Assembly: GCA_030390025.1 (NCBI GenBank)
Contig: CM059431.1
Coordinates: 156,800,001-156,864,000 of the forward strand
DNA: 64,000 bases
Source: Squalus acanthias
Lineage: Eukaryota
Reading direction: 5' to 3'
Shown: piece after piece, positions 1 through 13,655 of the stretch
Layout of the letters: every line of letters begins with the position of its first letter
Numbering within the stretch: position 1 is the stretch's first letter
Notes under the pieces: generated by a model
Seen by the model: only the letters and a program-made list of their open reading frames with translations
What the model was told of the DNA's origin: nothing
The model's database searches: none
Program-made: the position numbers and the translations under genes

Positions 1-430
1 TAGAAAACTTGGCAACGTATTAAATACGCAGAGGCCCAGGTATCTCAGGGGCGCATGTGGTTCGCAAGCGTCTCTGTGATCACGTCTGCCATGGGGAACC
101 AATCAAGGAAGGGATCTGTCAAAAGTATGAATATGGATTACTTAAAATTAAAACGACATTAAATTACATTTTTTATACCATAATGTAATTTTAGGAAAAA
201 AAGATTAATTGAAGTTTTTACCGGGCAAAAAATGAACTTGGCTTTTTTAAAAGTATTTTCAAATTCTAAATGAGTGATAAAATGTAATTTTTTAACAGGT
301 GTAAGATTTTTAAAGGCTTTCAGCAGGCTAAAGTTATGCAGAAGGCACAAATCTCTGCCCGAGGAGGCTCCTCTCCCGGGCATCCATGCGATCTGTCAAG
401 AGGTTTCTTGACAGATCGCAAGTGCTGGGA
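1..430. mobile_element. Fragment of a non-autonomous PIF/Harbinger-type element (MITE), cut by the window edge and by the adjacent CR1
   Basis: Colinear similarity to the TIR/TSD-bounded MITE at 46096-46781 (GATCACGT..CCATGGGGA.CCAATCA block, AT-rich core, GATCT.TCAAG..TGACAGATCG hairpin at 387-420). Confidence 0.65.
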
Positions 431-3400
431 TTTAGAATTAAAACTAGATCTAGTAATTAGTTAAAAACCAAACTATAATCTAATTAAATTAAATAAATCA
501 ATTTTAATTAACTAATTAAATAAAAGAAGGTTATATAGCAATGGAAGTGCAGGTGGTGTGCCACACCTACTGCATGTGGTAGTATACGGAGAGTATCGCG
601 ATTCTGGATGAACACGTCTGCATTAAGTGTCTGCATCTCGAGGAACTTCAGCTCTGAGTTGTTGAGCTTGACTCGGAGGGGAAACATTGCGGGGCTTCAG
701 GAAGGGGTTGATTTTTCTGCAAATTTTGATCCAGGAGGCAGTCACATCCCTTATGTTAGGTAGTGATAAAGGTCTATTTCATGATCAGGGATAGGAGGGT
801 GTGACTGCAACTCAGGCAGGTAAGGGGATCACAGGTTCAATGCTGGAGGAGCCTTAGCCTTTGCCTTTGTCCAACAGGTATGAGATACTTGCTGCCTTTG
901 TGGATGAGGGCCAAGTCTGCAGGATGGATGAGCGAACTGATCACGGCACCGTGTTACCTGAGGTCGTTTAGTTGGTGGGGGGTGGGGGGGGGCGGGTGAA
1001 AAGGAATGTAGTTTTGGTAGTTGACATTATAGTCAGGGGTTAGGTACTGTTCTCTGCAGCCGTGACCGGTAGATCTGAAGGCTATGTTGTCTGGCCGGTG
1101 CCTGGGCTAAGGATATCTCCTGGAGGCTGGAAAATAAATTGGAGTGGAGGGGGAGGATCCAGTGATCATGGCCCACGTCGGAACCATCGACATATGTAGA
1201 ACCAGGAGTGAGGTTTTGTTGAGAGAATTTTGATGAGCCAGGGTCCAAATTTAAATGCAGAACATCAAAATTAATAATCTCTAGATTTTTACCTGAGCCA
1301 CGAGGAGACTGACATAGGGGCAAGCAGATCAGATAGTTAGGTACGTGGCTGAAAGAGTGATGTGGCAGAAAGGGGTTTCCATTCATGGGGCTCTGGCACT
1401 TGTCAAAGAGGGAGCTGTTCCGTTGGCAGTGTCGCCATTTAACCAAGGCTGGGTCCAGTGTCCTGGCGTATCGAATAACTGGGGCTGTAGAGAGGACTTT
1501 AAATTTAAAAAGCGGGGGAAGATTCAGGGGAGGGAAAATTATAAAACTAAAGAGAGAATTCAAGGCAATGGAGCAATGTTCTAATTTGGTTAAAGAGAAG
1601 CAGAATGTGACAGGAAGGGACAGAGTTTAATAGTAATAGTGCATCAGCAATTAAGGTTAACGCAGGTAATAATGGTAAAAAAGTTAAAATTAACAGCTTT
1701 TTATCTGAATACTCGAAACATTCGTAAAAATGTAGAAGAATTAGTAGCAAACAGAGAAAAATGGCTTGGATGCATTAGCCATTGGAGAGATGTGTTGCAT
1801 GGTGACCAAGGTTTGGAATTAAATATTCCAGGTTACCTGAGGTTTCGAAAGACACGCAAAATGGAAAAAAAAGGAGGGGAGGGTGAAGCTCTCATAATGA
1901 AGCGTGACCTTTTGGACAGTAGTGAGAAAGGATCTTGGCTTGAAGGATCAGGAAGGGGATGCATTGGTTGTGATCTCCCAAATTTCACGAGATTCTAGAA
2001 CGATCCCAGCGGTTTGCAAGGTAGCAAATATAACTCCATTATTCAAGAAAGGAGTGAGAGAGAAAATAGGGAACTACAGGACAGATGAACTGTCATCAGT
2101 CGTTGGGAAATGCTAGTATCCATTAGTAAGGAAGTGGTAAGTGGCAGTTAGAAAATCATAATATGATCAGGCAGAATCAGCATGGTTTTAAGAAAGGCAA
2201 ATCGTGTTTAACAAATTTATTAGCGTTTTTTGAGGGTGTAACTAGCAGGTAAGGTGAACCAGTGGATATAGTATATTTGGATTTCCAAAAGACTTTATTT
2301 AGGGTGCCAACTAAAAAGTTGCTAGGCAAGATATGTCTCATGGTATTGGGGGTAATATATTAGCAGCGATAGAGGATTGGTTAATCGATAGAAAACAGAG
2401 AGCAGGGATAAATGGGTCATTTTCCGGTTGGCAGGCTGTCGCTAGTGGGGTGCCGCAAGGATCAGTGCTCGGGCCTCAGCTATTTACAATGTATATTAAT
2501 GATTTAGATGAAAGGACCGAGCGCAATTTATCCAAGTTTGCTTAGGATACAAAGCTAGGTGGGAAAGTATGCTGCGAGGAGGACACAAAGAGCCTACAGA
2601 GGGATATAGATAGGTTAAGTCAGTGGGCAATGAGGTGGCAGATGAAGTATAGTGTGGGGAAATTTGAGGTAGGTACCACTTTGGTAGGAAGAATCGAAAG
2701 ACAGTTTTTTTTTAAATGGTGCGGAACTATTCAATTTAATATTCAGTGAGATTTAGTTGATCTTGTACAGGAAACAAAGAAAGTTAGCATGCAGGTACAG
2801 CAAGCAATTAGGAAGGCAAATGGAAAGGCGCTGGAATACTAGAGTAATGAAGTATTACGTCAATTGTACAGCGCTTTTGTGTGACCACACCTGGAGTATT
2901 GTGCACAGTTGTATTCTCATTTTCTGAGGAAGAACATACATGCCTTAGAGGCGGTGCAAAGGTAGTTAACTAAATTGATCCCTGGGATGAGAGGGTTGTC
3001 CTAAAGGGAGAGGTTGAGTAAATTGGGCCTATACTCTCCGGAGTTTAGAAGAATGAGAGGTGATCTCATTGAAATATATAAGTTTCTGGGGGGATTCGCA
3101 TATTGGATGCCGAGAACTTGTTGCGCCTGGCTGGAGAGCCTAGATCTCGAGGGCACAATCTTGGGATAAAATGTCGGCCATTTAAGACAGAAATGAGGAG
3201 GATTTACTTCACTAAAAATGTTATGAATCATTGGAATTATCTACCCGAAATGGATGTGAATGCTGAGTCGTTGAGTATGTTCAAGACTGAGATGGATAGA
3301 TTTGTGGACTCTTGAGGAATCAAGGGATATGGAGATCGTGTGGGAAATTGGAGTTGTGGTCGAAGATCAGCCATTATCTAATTGAATGGCGGAGTTGACT

Positions 3401-3448
3401 GCTTCTGCCGTTTGGCCGATTACTGCTCCTAATTATTATGTTCTTATG
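431..3448 (+). mobile_element. CR1 LINE, decayed: ORF1 (Cys-motif/zipper + SGNH esterase) from ~541, ORF2 with an internal EN-to-RT deletion near 1955, 3' tail
   Basis: Peptide remnants [39 protein letters not shown]; short-repeat tail TATTATGTTCTTATG at ~3434-3448; many stops and frameshifts. Confidence 0.9.
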
Positions 3449-3887
3449 CTGATGATGCTGCTACATACCTGTTTCCCCATCCACCACAAAGTATACACAA
3501 AGCTATTCTAAGGACTCCAGCTGCACACTGAGTATGCGCACAATCCAACTTTACCTGCACAGCCGTTGCAATGTTATATTCGCTGATTATAATTTCATAC
3601 TTCTGAAATGCTACCGACAACAATGAACCAGCAGCTGGCTATTAGTTCTCTTCTATAATCTTTTCCGTTTGGTTACACGTCTTCAGGTTAAAAAGTCCAG
3701 GAGTTGTATTTTCTTATGTTGAAATTTCACTGAATTACCGACTCATTCCACGGTTCAGTTACGTCCCCTCAATCTTGATTCACCCATCAGAGGGGAAAGT
3801 TTTTCTCCACCTAACCTATTGATTCCTTTTATCATTTTAAGCATCTCCCTCAGATCCACCGTCAATCTTCTATACTCAAGGGAACAC

Positions 3888-5340
3888 AAAGGACAGGAGG
3901 ACTGGAGAGTGGCGAATGTTGTTCATCTCTTCAAGAAAGGAAATAGGAATGACCCTCGTAATTATAGGCCGGTTAGTCTTACTTCGGTCGTTGGTAAGAT
4001 AATGTAAAAAGGTCCTGAGGGATGGGATTTATGACAATTTGGAAAGATGCAACTTAATCCGGGATAGTCAACACGAATTCGTGAAGGGTAGGTCTTGCCT
4101 AACAAATTTGATTGAATTCTTTGAGGAGGTAACTAAGTGTGTAGATGAAGGCAGAGCAGTTGATGTCGTATACATGGATTTTAGTAAGGCGTTTGATATG
4201 TTTCCCCATGGTCGGCTCATGAAGAAAGTAAGGAGTTGTGGGATAGAGGGAAATTTTGCCGATTGGATAAGTAACTGGCTATCTCATAGAAGGCAGAGGG
4301 TGGTGGTGGAGGAATTTTTTTTTGGACTGGAGACCAGGTACCAGCGGTGTGTCACAGGGGTCGGTGCTGGGTCCTCTGCTGTTTGTGATTTTTATCAATG
4401 ACTTGGAGGAGGGGACTAAAGTGTGGATCAGTAAATTTGCTGATGAAACCAAGATTGGTGGAGTAGTGGATGAGGTGGAGGGCTGTTGTAGGCTGCAAAG
4501 TGACATTAATAGGATGCAGAGCTGGGCCGAAAAATGGCAGATGGAATTTAACCCTGATCAGTGCGAGGTGATTCATTTTAGTAGGGCAAATATGAATAAG
4601 GATTACAGGGTTAACGGCAGGGTTCTGAGGAATGTGGAGGAACAGAGGGATCTGGGGGTTCATATCCACAGATCTCTGAAGGTTGCCACTCAAGTGGATA
4701 GAGCAGTAAAGAAGGCCTATAGTGTGTTAGCGTTTATTAACAAGGGGTTTGAGTTTCAGAACCGTGAGGTTATGCTGCAACTGTACAGGACCTTGGTGAA
4801 ACCACATTTGGAATATTGTGTGCAGTTCTGGTCACCTCACTATATGAAGGACGTGGAAGCATTGGAAAGAGTGCAACGGTGATTTACCAGGATGCTGACT
4901 GGTTTGGGGGGGGGGGTCTTATGAGGAAAGATTGAGGGAGCTAGGGCTTTTCTCTTTACAGCGGAGGAGGATGAGAGGCGAATTAATAGAGGTTTATAAG
5001 ATGATGAGGGGGATAGATAGAGTGGATGTTCAGAGACTATTTCCTCGGGTGGATGTAGCTGTTACAAGGGGGCATAACTATAAGGTGCATGGGGGGAGAT
5101 ATAGAAGGTTGTCCGAGGTAGATTCTTTACTCAGAGAGTGGTTGGGGTGTGGAATGGACTGCCTGCTGTGATAGTGGAGTCGGACACTTTAGGAACTTTC
5201 AAGCGGTTATTGGATAAGCACATGGAGCACACCAGAGTGATAGGGAGTGGGAAAGCATGATCTTGGTTTCGGACAATGCTCGGCACAATATCGAGGGCCG
5301 AAGGGATGTACTGTGCTGTACTGTTCTATGTTCTATGTTC
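3888..5340 (+). mobile_element. 5'-truncated CR1 LINE (RT and 3' UTR), inserted into an older minus-strand CR1
   Basis: NYRPVSLTSVVGK, YMDFSKAFD, QGSVLGPLLFVIFINDL, FADET; tail (TTCTATG)n; 3' part nearly identical to 38347-39057. Confidence 0.92.
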
Positions 5341-6060
5341 AAAAGCAAGATATGCAACCTTTCAATTTGAGTACATACACTTTATCCATACGCTGCCTCC
5401 GATCTTACTAACAATTTCCAAACTAAGTCGAACAACTTGCCTCCACTGCCATGCCCTCCTATTTTTTGCAATTAACTTTTACGTGGCACGTTATCGAATG
5501 CCTTCTGGAAATCCACATCGCCCTTCTGCTATTCCCACTCTACGACTTTAAAAACCCTTGGGTGGAAAACATCCAGTCGTGGAAATGTTTCTATCCTTTG
5601 CCCCATTATTTTCTCCATTTCCATGTTTACTAATATGAATACAGTCAGTTCCTCCACTTGCTGCATTCTTACTTCACCTTCTGTCAATAGCATTGTGACC
5701 TGCCCCACTATTGTGAAAACCAACACAAAGTATTCTTTCAATAAATCTGCTATTACCTTGCTGGATATTAACATATCACACGTACCTTTCTTAATGGGCC
5801 CATATCTCCCTCAGCCGCTCTCTTATTCTTAATATAGTTATACATGTTTTATTATTAGCCTTTATAGTGCTAGCAAGTCATTTTTCTTGGATCCTTTTGG
5901 CAGTTATGAATATTTTCTTCTTGTTCATTTGTTGTTTTCTTTATTATTCCGCTAGCTATATTACCGTATTTCTTTAATGTGTGTCAGTCCCTTCCTTGAG
6001 ATTTGTACTGTATCTTATCTCACATGTTGACCATGGTTTTTGCGCTTTATAAATATGTTT
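5341..6060 (-). mobile_element. Old, degraded CR1 fragments (continuing the piece at ~3760-3887)
   Basis: Minus-strand remnants such as PRLDVFHPRVFKVV and DVDFQKAFD-like sequence. Confidence 0.6.
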
Positions 6061-6074
6061 TGGATGCCCAGCTA

Positions 6075-6375
6075 TGTCCTGTCTACAAAATTAAGACAGA
6101 TTCAATCCAAACAATTACCGGCCGAACAGCTACCCCTCAATGATCAACACATTGATGGATGGACTCCTCAATAGGGCCATCAAGCAACATTCACTCATCA
6201 ATAACCTGCTCACCGACGCTCAGTTCGGTGGTACCTGGAATCCTCTGTTCCCGACATGCTTACAGGTGCAAGAGTTAAATGCCAGAGAAGAGGTGACTGT
6301 ACCAAGAAGGCTGCATTTGCCTCGGATTGCCTCGGATTGGCACCAAGGAGCTTTCTGAGGTCAATGCGAGTCAAA
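6075..6375 (+). mobile_element. Short RTEX-like LINE RT fragment
   Basis: AIKQHSLINNLLTDAQFG and WHQG remnants, homologous to the 16350-16620 part of the element at 14385-17635. Confidence 0.6.
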
Positions 6376-7000
6376 CTAATGCCTCCGGTGGCAAAAACTT
6401 TGGATTTCGGTAAGGGTTAATCGCTCTGTTTTATGTTGAAGTTATCGAACTGCATCTTAAGGTTCAAAGTGATGTCATAAAAGATAACATATTTAAATAC
6501 TATTTCCAACAGTGGCATTTTAGTCTTTGGGTTTACATTTGGAAGTATTACTCTGTTAAATGTCGCTGCTTCCCGTATATTCATTGCTGAAAATAATGCA
6601 TTCTTAACTGATCCATAATTGATACTATAAATTTTCAATATCATTGAACGACTACCAAGATAAACGGGGATTACTACATTACGGTATATTAAAGCACTAT
6701 GATTGTGCTGATTGCATTGTGGGTACTTGTGCTGCGGCTTTTCATTAAGGTTCCAGGGTATCAGGTTAAGTTTGCGTTGTTAGCTCAGCAGGTTAATGAA
6801 CACACACTAGGTAAAGTTCAGTTACATATCACAGTCATAAACACGACTTTCAGCCTGATCAGTACCATATCTCCTTGCACTGTTCTGTGGTACAGGGCTG
6901 AAACTGAATCACAAGCATTCTCATTCGATTTACATGTTTCTGGTGAATAACTGATATTTTAACCAAAGTTATTAATTGTTTGTGTGGAAACAATTATGAT

Positions 7001-7040
7001 TCCGCCCCCGCCCCCAGTCGCCCCCGCCCTCCCCCCGCGG
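7001..7040. promoter_or_regulatory. Cluster of GC boxes (CCGCCC) in a non-repetitive island; candidate promoter
   Basis: TCCGCCCCCGCCCCCAGTCGCCCCCGCCCTCCCCCCGCGG; IRF-type GAAA motifs nearby at 7521-7833. Confidence 0.3.
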
Positions 7041-8198
7041 TCCAGAAAACCCCACAGCGAAATCGGGTTCCACAGTCGGATTCAGTTCAGTGCCTCAATA
7101 CTATTTTATTGCTGACCATAAAACTTCTATATTATCAGAATATAAAAGGCAACAGATAGCAACGGACAAAGATCGTTGTGAGTTACTTTCGGTCAAATAT
7201 ATAGGGAAGGGCAGTGAACTCTCTGTGTTGAAACGTTAAGTGTTTGGAAATAACTTCCATTTCGATCATTAGCTGATTCTTTCTCCAGAGTCCTACTCTG
7301 TAAATGAACTACATTCGATTCCTGGCTCTATTACACTCGGTAGCAGGCCCTTATTACTGCTATCCAACCCTTGTTGCCATGAAGGTGTGAAATTGCCATC
7401 GCAGGTTATTATCCTATTAGCAACAGAACAATGAGCACATTATCCTGCAGATGATCTCCAGTTAATGAGTTACAGTCTCGGCCTTGATCAAAATCTTCGC
7501 ACGCATTAGGATCAGGCTCCGAGTTTCACTTGCTGCAGCTGAATCAGAAAATTAGTTTTGGTAAACAAGTGAAGTTTCCGCTTCATCAGCCTATCAACTT
7601 CTATTTGTGGTGCTCTAATTTTATCTTTTGATTTAATCTTTATTGGAAATGTTTGGGAGCTAATTCCATTCGTTGTGATACTGGAAATTCAGAAACATAA
7701 ATTAATTGACTCCTCGGTTCCTGATATCTCAGCTATTGAAATCTGGCTGCTTCTATTGATCCTTTCCCAAAGTTTCATAATTTTAATACATCTATCATGT
7801 CGTTCCATAATATGTGTTGTTAAAGTGAAAGAGTTGCATCTTTTCAAGTATTTCTTTGCAACTGTTTTTCCTGATACCAGGCAGTATCGTCATGAGTATC
7901 ATTTGTACACGCACGTGCTGCACAATATCCGTCATTAATCCTGCAGCTCGATAGTGCACACAGAGTTCTAATAGAGATTTAATTAATGTTTTATATGGGC
8001 TCACTATTATCTCATTTATTTTATTTTATAACTCTGGTGGTTAAACCTAGAATTCAATTCGTTAATCCACTGCCTTTTCAACTTGAGGTGCTGCTTTTTG
8101 TATCCCGTGAACGTGTTCTCTCCAAATCGTTCTGCTTTACCACAGTACCGAATCTAATTCCATTCAGTGCACAATTACAGCTGATATTTTACCAATAT

Positions 8199-8963
8199 CT
8201 TCTTCTTCTTCTTCTTAGGCAGTCCCTCGTACCAAGGATGACTTTCTTCCTCATTAAAAATGCGTTATCAGGTGACTGATGAGTCCAATGCGGGACCTAC
8301 AGTCTATGTCACAGGTGGGCCAGACGGTGGTTGAAGGGGCGGTTGGGCTGGGTGCGTGGGTTGACGAGCACTCATTGCGCTGCTTGCGCTTGACTTCCGA
8401 TTGATCCCGGCGAAGAGACTCGAGGTGTTCGACGACTTCCTGGATGCTTCTCCTCCACTTTGTGCGGTCTTAGGCCAGGGATTCCCGGGAGCCTACTATC
8501 AACAATGGTAGACGTCGAAGACGAAGTCCAACACCGCCTTCACTGTGCCAGTGCAGCCTTCGGTCGCTAGAGGAAGAGAGTGTTTGAAGACCAGGACCTC
8601 AATCCCGGCACTATGCTCATGGTCTACAGAGCAGCAGTGATAGCCGCCCTTCTGTATGCCTCAGAGGCATGATCAATGTACAACAGGCACCTCAAAGCAC
8701 TGGAGAGGTAGCACCAACGCTGCCTCGGCAAGATCCTGCAATTCAATAGGCACGATAGGCGCACCAATGGCAGTGTTTTCGCTCAGGCCAACATCCCCAG
8801 CATCGAAGCTTTGAGCACGCTCGATCAGCTCAGATGGACGGTTCATATCGTCCGCATGCCCGATAGGAGACTCCCAAAACAAGCGCTCTACTCGGAGCTC
8901 CGACACGGCAAGACAGACACAGGTGGGCAGAGGAAACGGTTCAAGGACACCCTCAAAGCTTCC
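8199..8963. mobile_element. RTE (BovB-like) LINE insertion with 5' inversion: 3' end on minus (8199-~8490), inverted internal piece on plus (~8486-8963)
   Basis: (CTT)n tail at 8199; plus part reads GSLLSTMVDVEDEVQHRL...RFKDTLKAS; minus part reads ESLA*DRTKWRRSI; 11-bp TSD TTTACCAATAT at 8188-8198 and 8964-8974. Confidence 0.85.
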
Positions 8964-9434
8964 TTTACCAATATATACCACACTTTCTGACATTGATTCT
9001 GCCTGTCCTTTGTTTTTAACAAATCCCACATCTTTTCAATTTCCCTTTGCAGTTTCCTCTGGTGTAAATAAGTAACAGTACTCCACATTTTCGCACCAGC
9101 TGCAAATTCTGATCATGACATATAATCAAGTGAGTAATAGATTATAATAGTGGCCGCAGAACTGAAACCTGCGAAGCAGCACCACTACTTTCCACAACTT
9201 GTTTGCAGAACAATACTTGAAAGTTGACGGTAACTTCAATGCAATTTTCAAGTAAATTCAAGATGAGTGTATCTGAGAAGTAATAATACACCAATGTATC
9301 CTTTTAGGACATATATATAGAACACATACATATATGAGTGCCGGTGCCCCACAAGATCACGCTGACCAACAGCTACTCGACGCACTTTTTGCAGTCAGTC
9401 ACTAGTCTAACGTTAATTTGCAGAAGAGACTCAT

Positions 9435-12400
9435 TTTGCGGCATGGATTTGTGAAAGGTATATCATGCCTGACAAATCCGATTTTTTTTTTGAGGAGGTG
9501 ACTAAATTAGTGGACAGGGGTACGTGAATGGATGTTATTCATATGGACAGAAGAACATAAGAACACAAGAAATAGGATCAAGAGTAGGCTATTCGGCCCT
9601 TCGAGCCTGCTCCGCTATTCAAAGACGTCATGGCTGATCTTCTGCCTTAACTCCATTACCCGGCACTATCGCCATATCCCTTGATGCCCTTACTAGTCAG
9701 AATCTATCGACTTCTGTATTGAATATACCCAATGACTGAGCCTCCACAACTCTCTGGGGTAGTCAATTCCAAGGATTCACCACCCTCTGTGTGAAGAAAT
9801 GCCTTCTCATCTCAGTCCTGAATGGACTAAGCTTTATCTTGAGGCTGTGGCCCCTGGTTCTAGGCACCCCAGCTGAAGGAAATATTCTCCCAACATTCAT
9901 CCTATCAAGCCCTGTAATAATTATGTATGCTTCAATGAGATCCCCTCTCATTCTTCTGAATTCAAGAGAATACAGGCCTAGTTTACTCAAACTCTTCTCA
10001 TACGACTGTCCCACCATCCCACGAATCAATCTCGTGAACCTTCGTTGCACTCCCTCTATGGCAAGTATATCCTTCCTTAGGTAAAGAGAACTAAAGTGTA
10101 CACAGAACTCCAGGTGTGGTCTCACAAAGGCCCTATATAATGGGAGTAAGACTTCTTTACTCCTGTACTCAAATCCTCTTTTAATGAAGGCCAGCATACA
10201 ATTTGGCTTCCTGATGGCTTGCTGCACATGCACATTCACTTTCAGTGGCTCATGCACAAGGACACCCAGGTTCCCTTTGAGCATCTGCATTCCGCAATCT
10301 TTCACCTTTTAGGAAATACGCTGCCTTTCTGTTTTTTCTACCAAAGTCGATAACTTCACATTTATCCACGTTATATTCCGTCTGCAATGTTCTCGCCCAC
10401 TCACTGAGCCTGTCGAAATCCCCTTGAAGCATCTTCACATCCTCTTCGCAACTGACACTGCCACCTAGTTTTGTATCGTCAGCAAATTTGGAAATATTAC
10501 ATTTATTCCCCTCATGCAAATCATTGATTTTGATTGTGAATAGCTGTGGCCCAAGCACCGATCCTTGCGGTACCCCAATAGTCACAGCCTGCCATTCTGA
10601 CAAAGACCCGTTTATCCCTACTTTTTGTTTTCTGTCTGTTAACGAATTCTCAATCCATGCTTGTGTATTACCCACAATTCCATGTGCCCTAATTTTGTTC
10701 ACCATCTCTTGTTTTGGACCTTATCGAAAATCTTCTGAAAATCCAGATACACCACATCTACTGTTTCCCCTAATCTACTCCAGTAATTACATCCTCAAAG
10801 AACTCCAATATGTATGTCAAACAGGATTTCCCTTACATAAATCCATGTTGACTCTGCCCAATCTTACTATTAGTTTCTAAGTGCCCAGTTATTGCATCCT
10901 TTATAATTGATTCCAGCATTTTACCATGGCCAACATTTCCCTTATACCCTTGAGTTTCCTCTGTTTAGATAGAAGACTCTAGTTTCAGATTGGACTGCAT
11001 CATTCTCAAGTTTAAAGTAAAATTCAATCATATTATGTTGACTTGTACCTTAAGGCCCCTTTACCACAAGATTATTGATTAGCCCTTTCTCACGACACAG
11101 TACCAGATGCAGAATAGCCTGTTCCCTGGTTGGTTCCTCCACATACAGATCGAGGAAAACATTTTGCATGCATTCCAAGAATTCGTCCTCCACATCATTA
11201 GTGGTAATTTGATTTGCCCACTCAATATGTAGATTAAAGTCCCCCATGATTAGCGTATTGTCCATGTCACATGCACTTCTAATATCTTGATTGATACTGT
11301 GCCATACATTACCATTACTGTTTGGTGGCCTATACACAAATCCCACCAATTTTTTCCGCCCTTTGCTGTTTCTTAGCTCCACCCAAAGTGATTTCAGTTC
11401 GACATCACGATCTGCCAAGCCAAGATCTTTTATCTCTACCGTACCAATCTCGTCCCTTAATCACAGCGCAACGCCACTTCCTTTTCCTTTTTGTCTGTCC
11501 TTCCTAAATGTTGAGTACCCTGCAACATTCAGTTCCCAGCTTTGGTTACCCTGCAAGCATGTCTCTGTAATGGCAATTACATCATACCCATTTACTTCTA
11601 TTAGTGCCATTAATTCATCCACATTTTTGTGAATGCTACGAACATTTAGATACAGTACCTTCAACTTTGCCTGTTTAATATTTCTCTGCACTTTGAACCT
11701 CTTTACTGTTGGCCTTTGTTTCTGCTTCCTATTGTTTTGCTGACTACTTTTCTAACTTGCACTTCCAGCTTTGTTTCTTTCCGTTCTGGGCCCACACTTA
11801 GGTTCCCAGCCCCCTGAAAAATTAGGTTAAATCCTTCCCAACAGTACTAGCAAACCCCCCTGAGAGGATGTTGGTCCCGCTTCTGCCGAGGTTTAACCCG
11901 TCCAGCTATTACACGCCCCACCTTCCCCAGAATCAGTCCCAAAGCCTCAGGAATTTAAATCCCTCCCTCCTACACCATCTCTCCAGCCACGCATTCATCT
12001 GGTCTATTCTCCTATTTATGCTCCCGCAAGCACGTGTCACTGGGAGTAATCCTGTGATTGCTACCTTTGAGGTACTGCTTTTTAATTTATTTTCTAACTC
12101 CCTCTAATTTGCTTGCAGGATCTCGTCCCTCTTTCTACCTATGTCGTTGTGACCGATATGGACCACGACCTCTGGCTGTTCATACTCCCCCTTCAGAATG
12201 TCCGGCATTGACATCCTTGACCTGTCACCGGGGAGGCAACACACCATCCTGGAGTCACGTCTGCGGCCACAGAAATGTCTATCTGTTCCCCTTACGAGAG
12301 TATCCCCTATCACTATTGCTCTCCCACTCTTTTTCCTCCCCTCCTGTGCAGCTGAGCCACTCGTTGTGCATGGACTTGGCTCTTGCTGCATTCCCCTGAG

Positions 12401-13655
12401 AAATCACCTCCCCCAGCAAATCCAAAAAGGAAAATCTGTTGGAGAGCGAGATGGACCCAGGTGACTCCTGCACTACCTTCCTCGTTCTTGTACTCTTTCT
12501 GGCGGTCACCCATTCTCTGTCTCCCTATGCCCTCTGTAACTGCGATGTGACCACCTCGTTATACTTCCAGATGGCATTTGATAAATTCCCACATAAGAGG
12601 CTGTTAGCTAAAGTAGATGCCCACGGAATTGAGGACAAATTATCGACCTGGTCAGGAAATTAGCTGACCGGCAGGAGACACGCAGTAGGATTAATAGCTA
12701 GGAAACACATTGGCAGGAGGTGACTAGTAGTACCGGGCAGCCTCAACTATTCACAGTATTTATTAACACTTAGATGATTGCATAGAATTATCCAAATTTG
12801 CCGATGACAGTGCAGATGAAAGCATAACATTACAAAGGAATATCGACAGATTAAATGTCTGGGTAAAGCTGTGGCAAATCGATTTCAATGCTGGCAAATA
12901 TGAGTTCATCCACTTTGGACCTAAACAGGACAGAACAGGGCACTTTCTAAATGGTGAAAATCTAAAAACAGTGGATGTCCACAGAGAATTAGGGGTCCAG
13001 GTACATAGATTATTAAAATGTCATGAACAGGTAAAGACAATAATCAAAAAGACGAATGGAATGCTGACCTTTACATGTAGAGGACTATAATACAAGGGGT
13101 TTAGAAGTTATGCTGCAGCTGTACAAAACGCTGGTTAGACCACACCTGGAGTGCTGTGAGAAGTTCTAGGCACCACAATTCAGGAAGGATATATTGGCCT
13201 TGGAGGGAGTGCAGCGTAGGTTTACCAGAATGATACCTGGTCTACAAGGGATAAGTTACGCGGAGAGAATACACAAATTAAGGTGGTATTCCCTAGAATT
13301 TATAAGGTTAAGGGGTGATCTGATCGAAGTTTTCAAGTTATTAAGGGGAGCAAACATGGTAGATAGAGAGAAACTATTTCCGCTGGTAGGGGATTCTTGG
13401 ACGAGGGGGGCATAGTGTAAAAATAGAGCCAGATGTTTCTGGAGTGAATTTAGGAAACACTTCTACACACAAAGGCTGGTAGAAGTTTGGAACTCTCTTC
13501 TGCAAACGTCAAGTGATGCTACATCAATTGTTAATTTAAAGTTTGAGATTGACAGCGTTTATTTAAGCAAAAAATATTAAGTGATATGTGCAGAAGGCGA
13601 GCCATGATCTCATTGAATTTCGGAACAGGCCCGAGGTGTTCAATGGCCTAGTCCT
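9435..13655 (+). mobile_element. CR1 LINE RT/3' fragment split by a nested CR1 (pieces 9435-9548 and ~12565-13655)
   Basis: HMD|FQMAFDK motif is interrupted at 9548 and resumes at ~12565; downstream EGVQRRFTRMIPG. Confidence 0.85.
9549..12562 (-). mobile_element. CR1 LINE (ORF1 esterase part, EN, internally deleted, RT, tail) nested in another CR1
   Basis: VIGDTLVRG/CCLPG (ORF1), YDVIAITET, GDFN (EN), [14 protein letters not shown] (RT); tail reads (AAGAACAT)n on plus at 9551. Confidence 0.92.

Noticed and set aside
3555..3700. Possible minus-strand exon ending ...EYNIATAVQ|gtaaag
   Set aside because: Two in-frame stops upstream and no clear homology; mentioned only as a weak hint in the promoter finding
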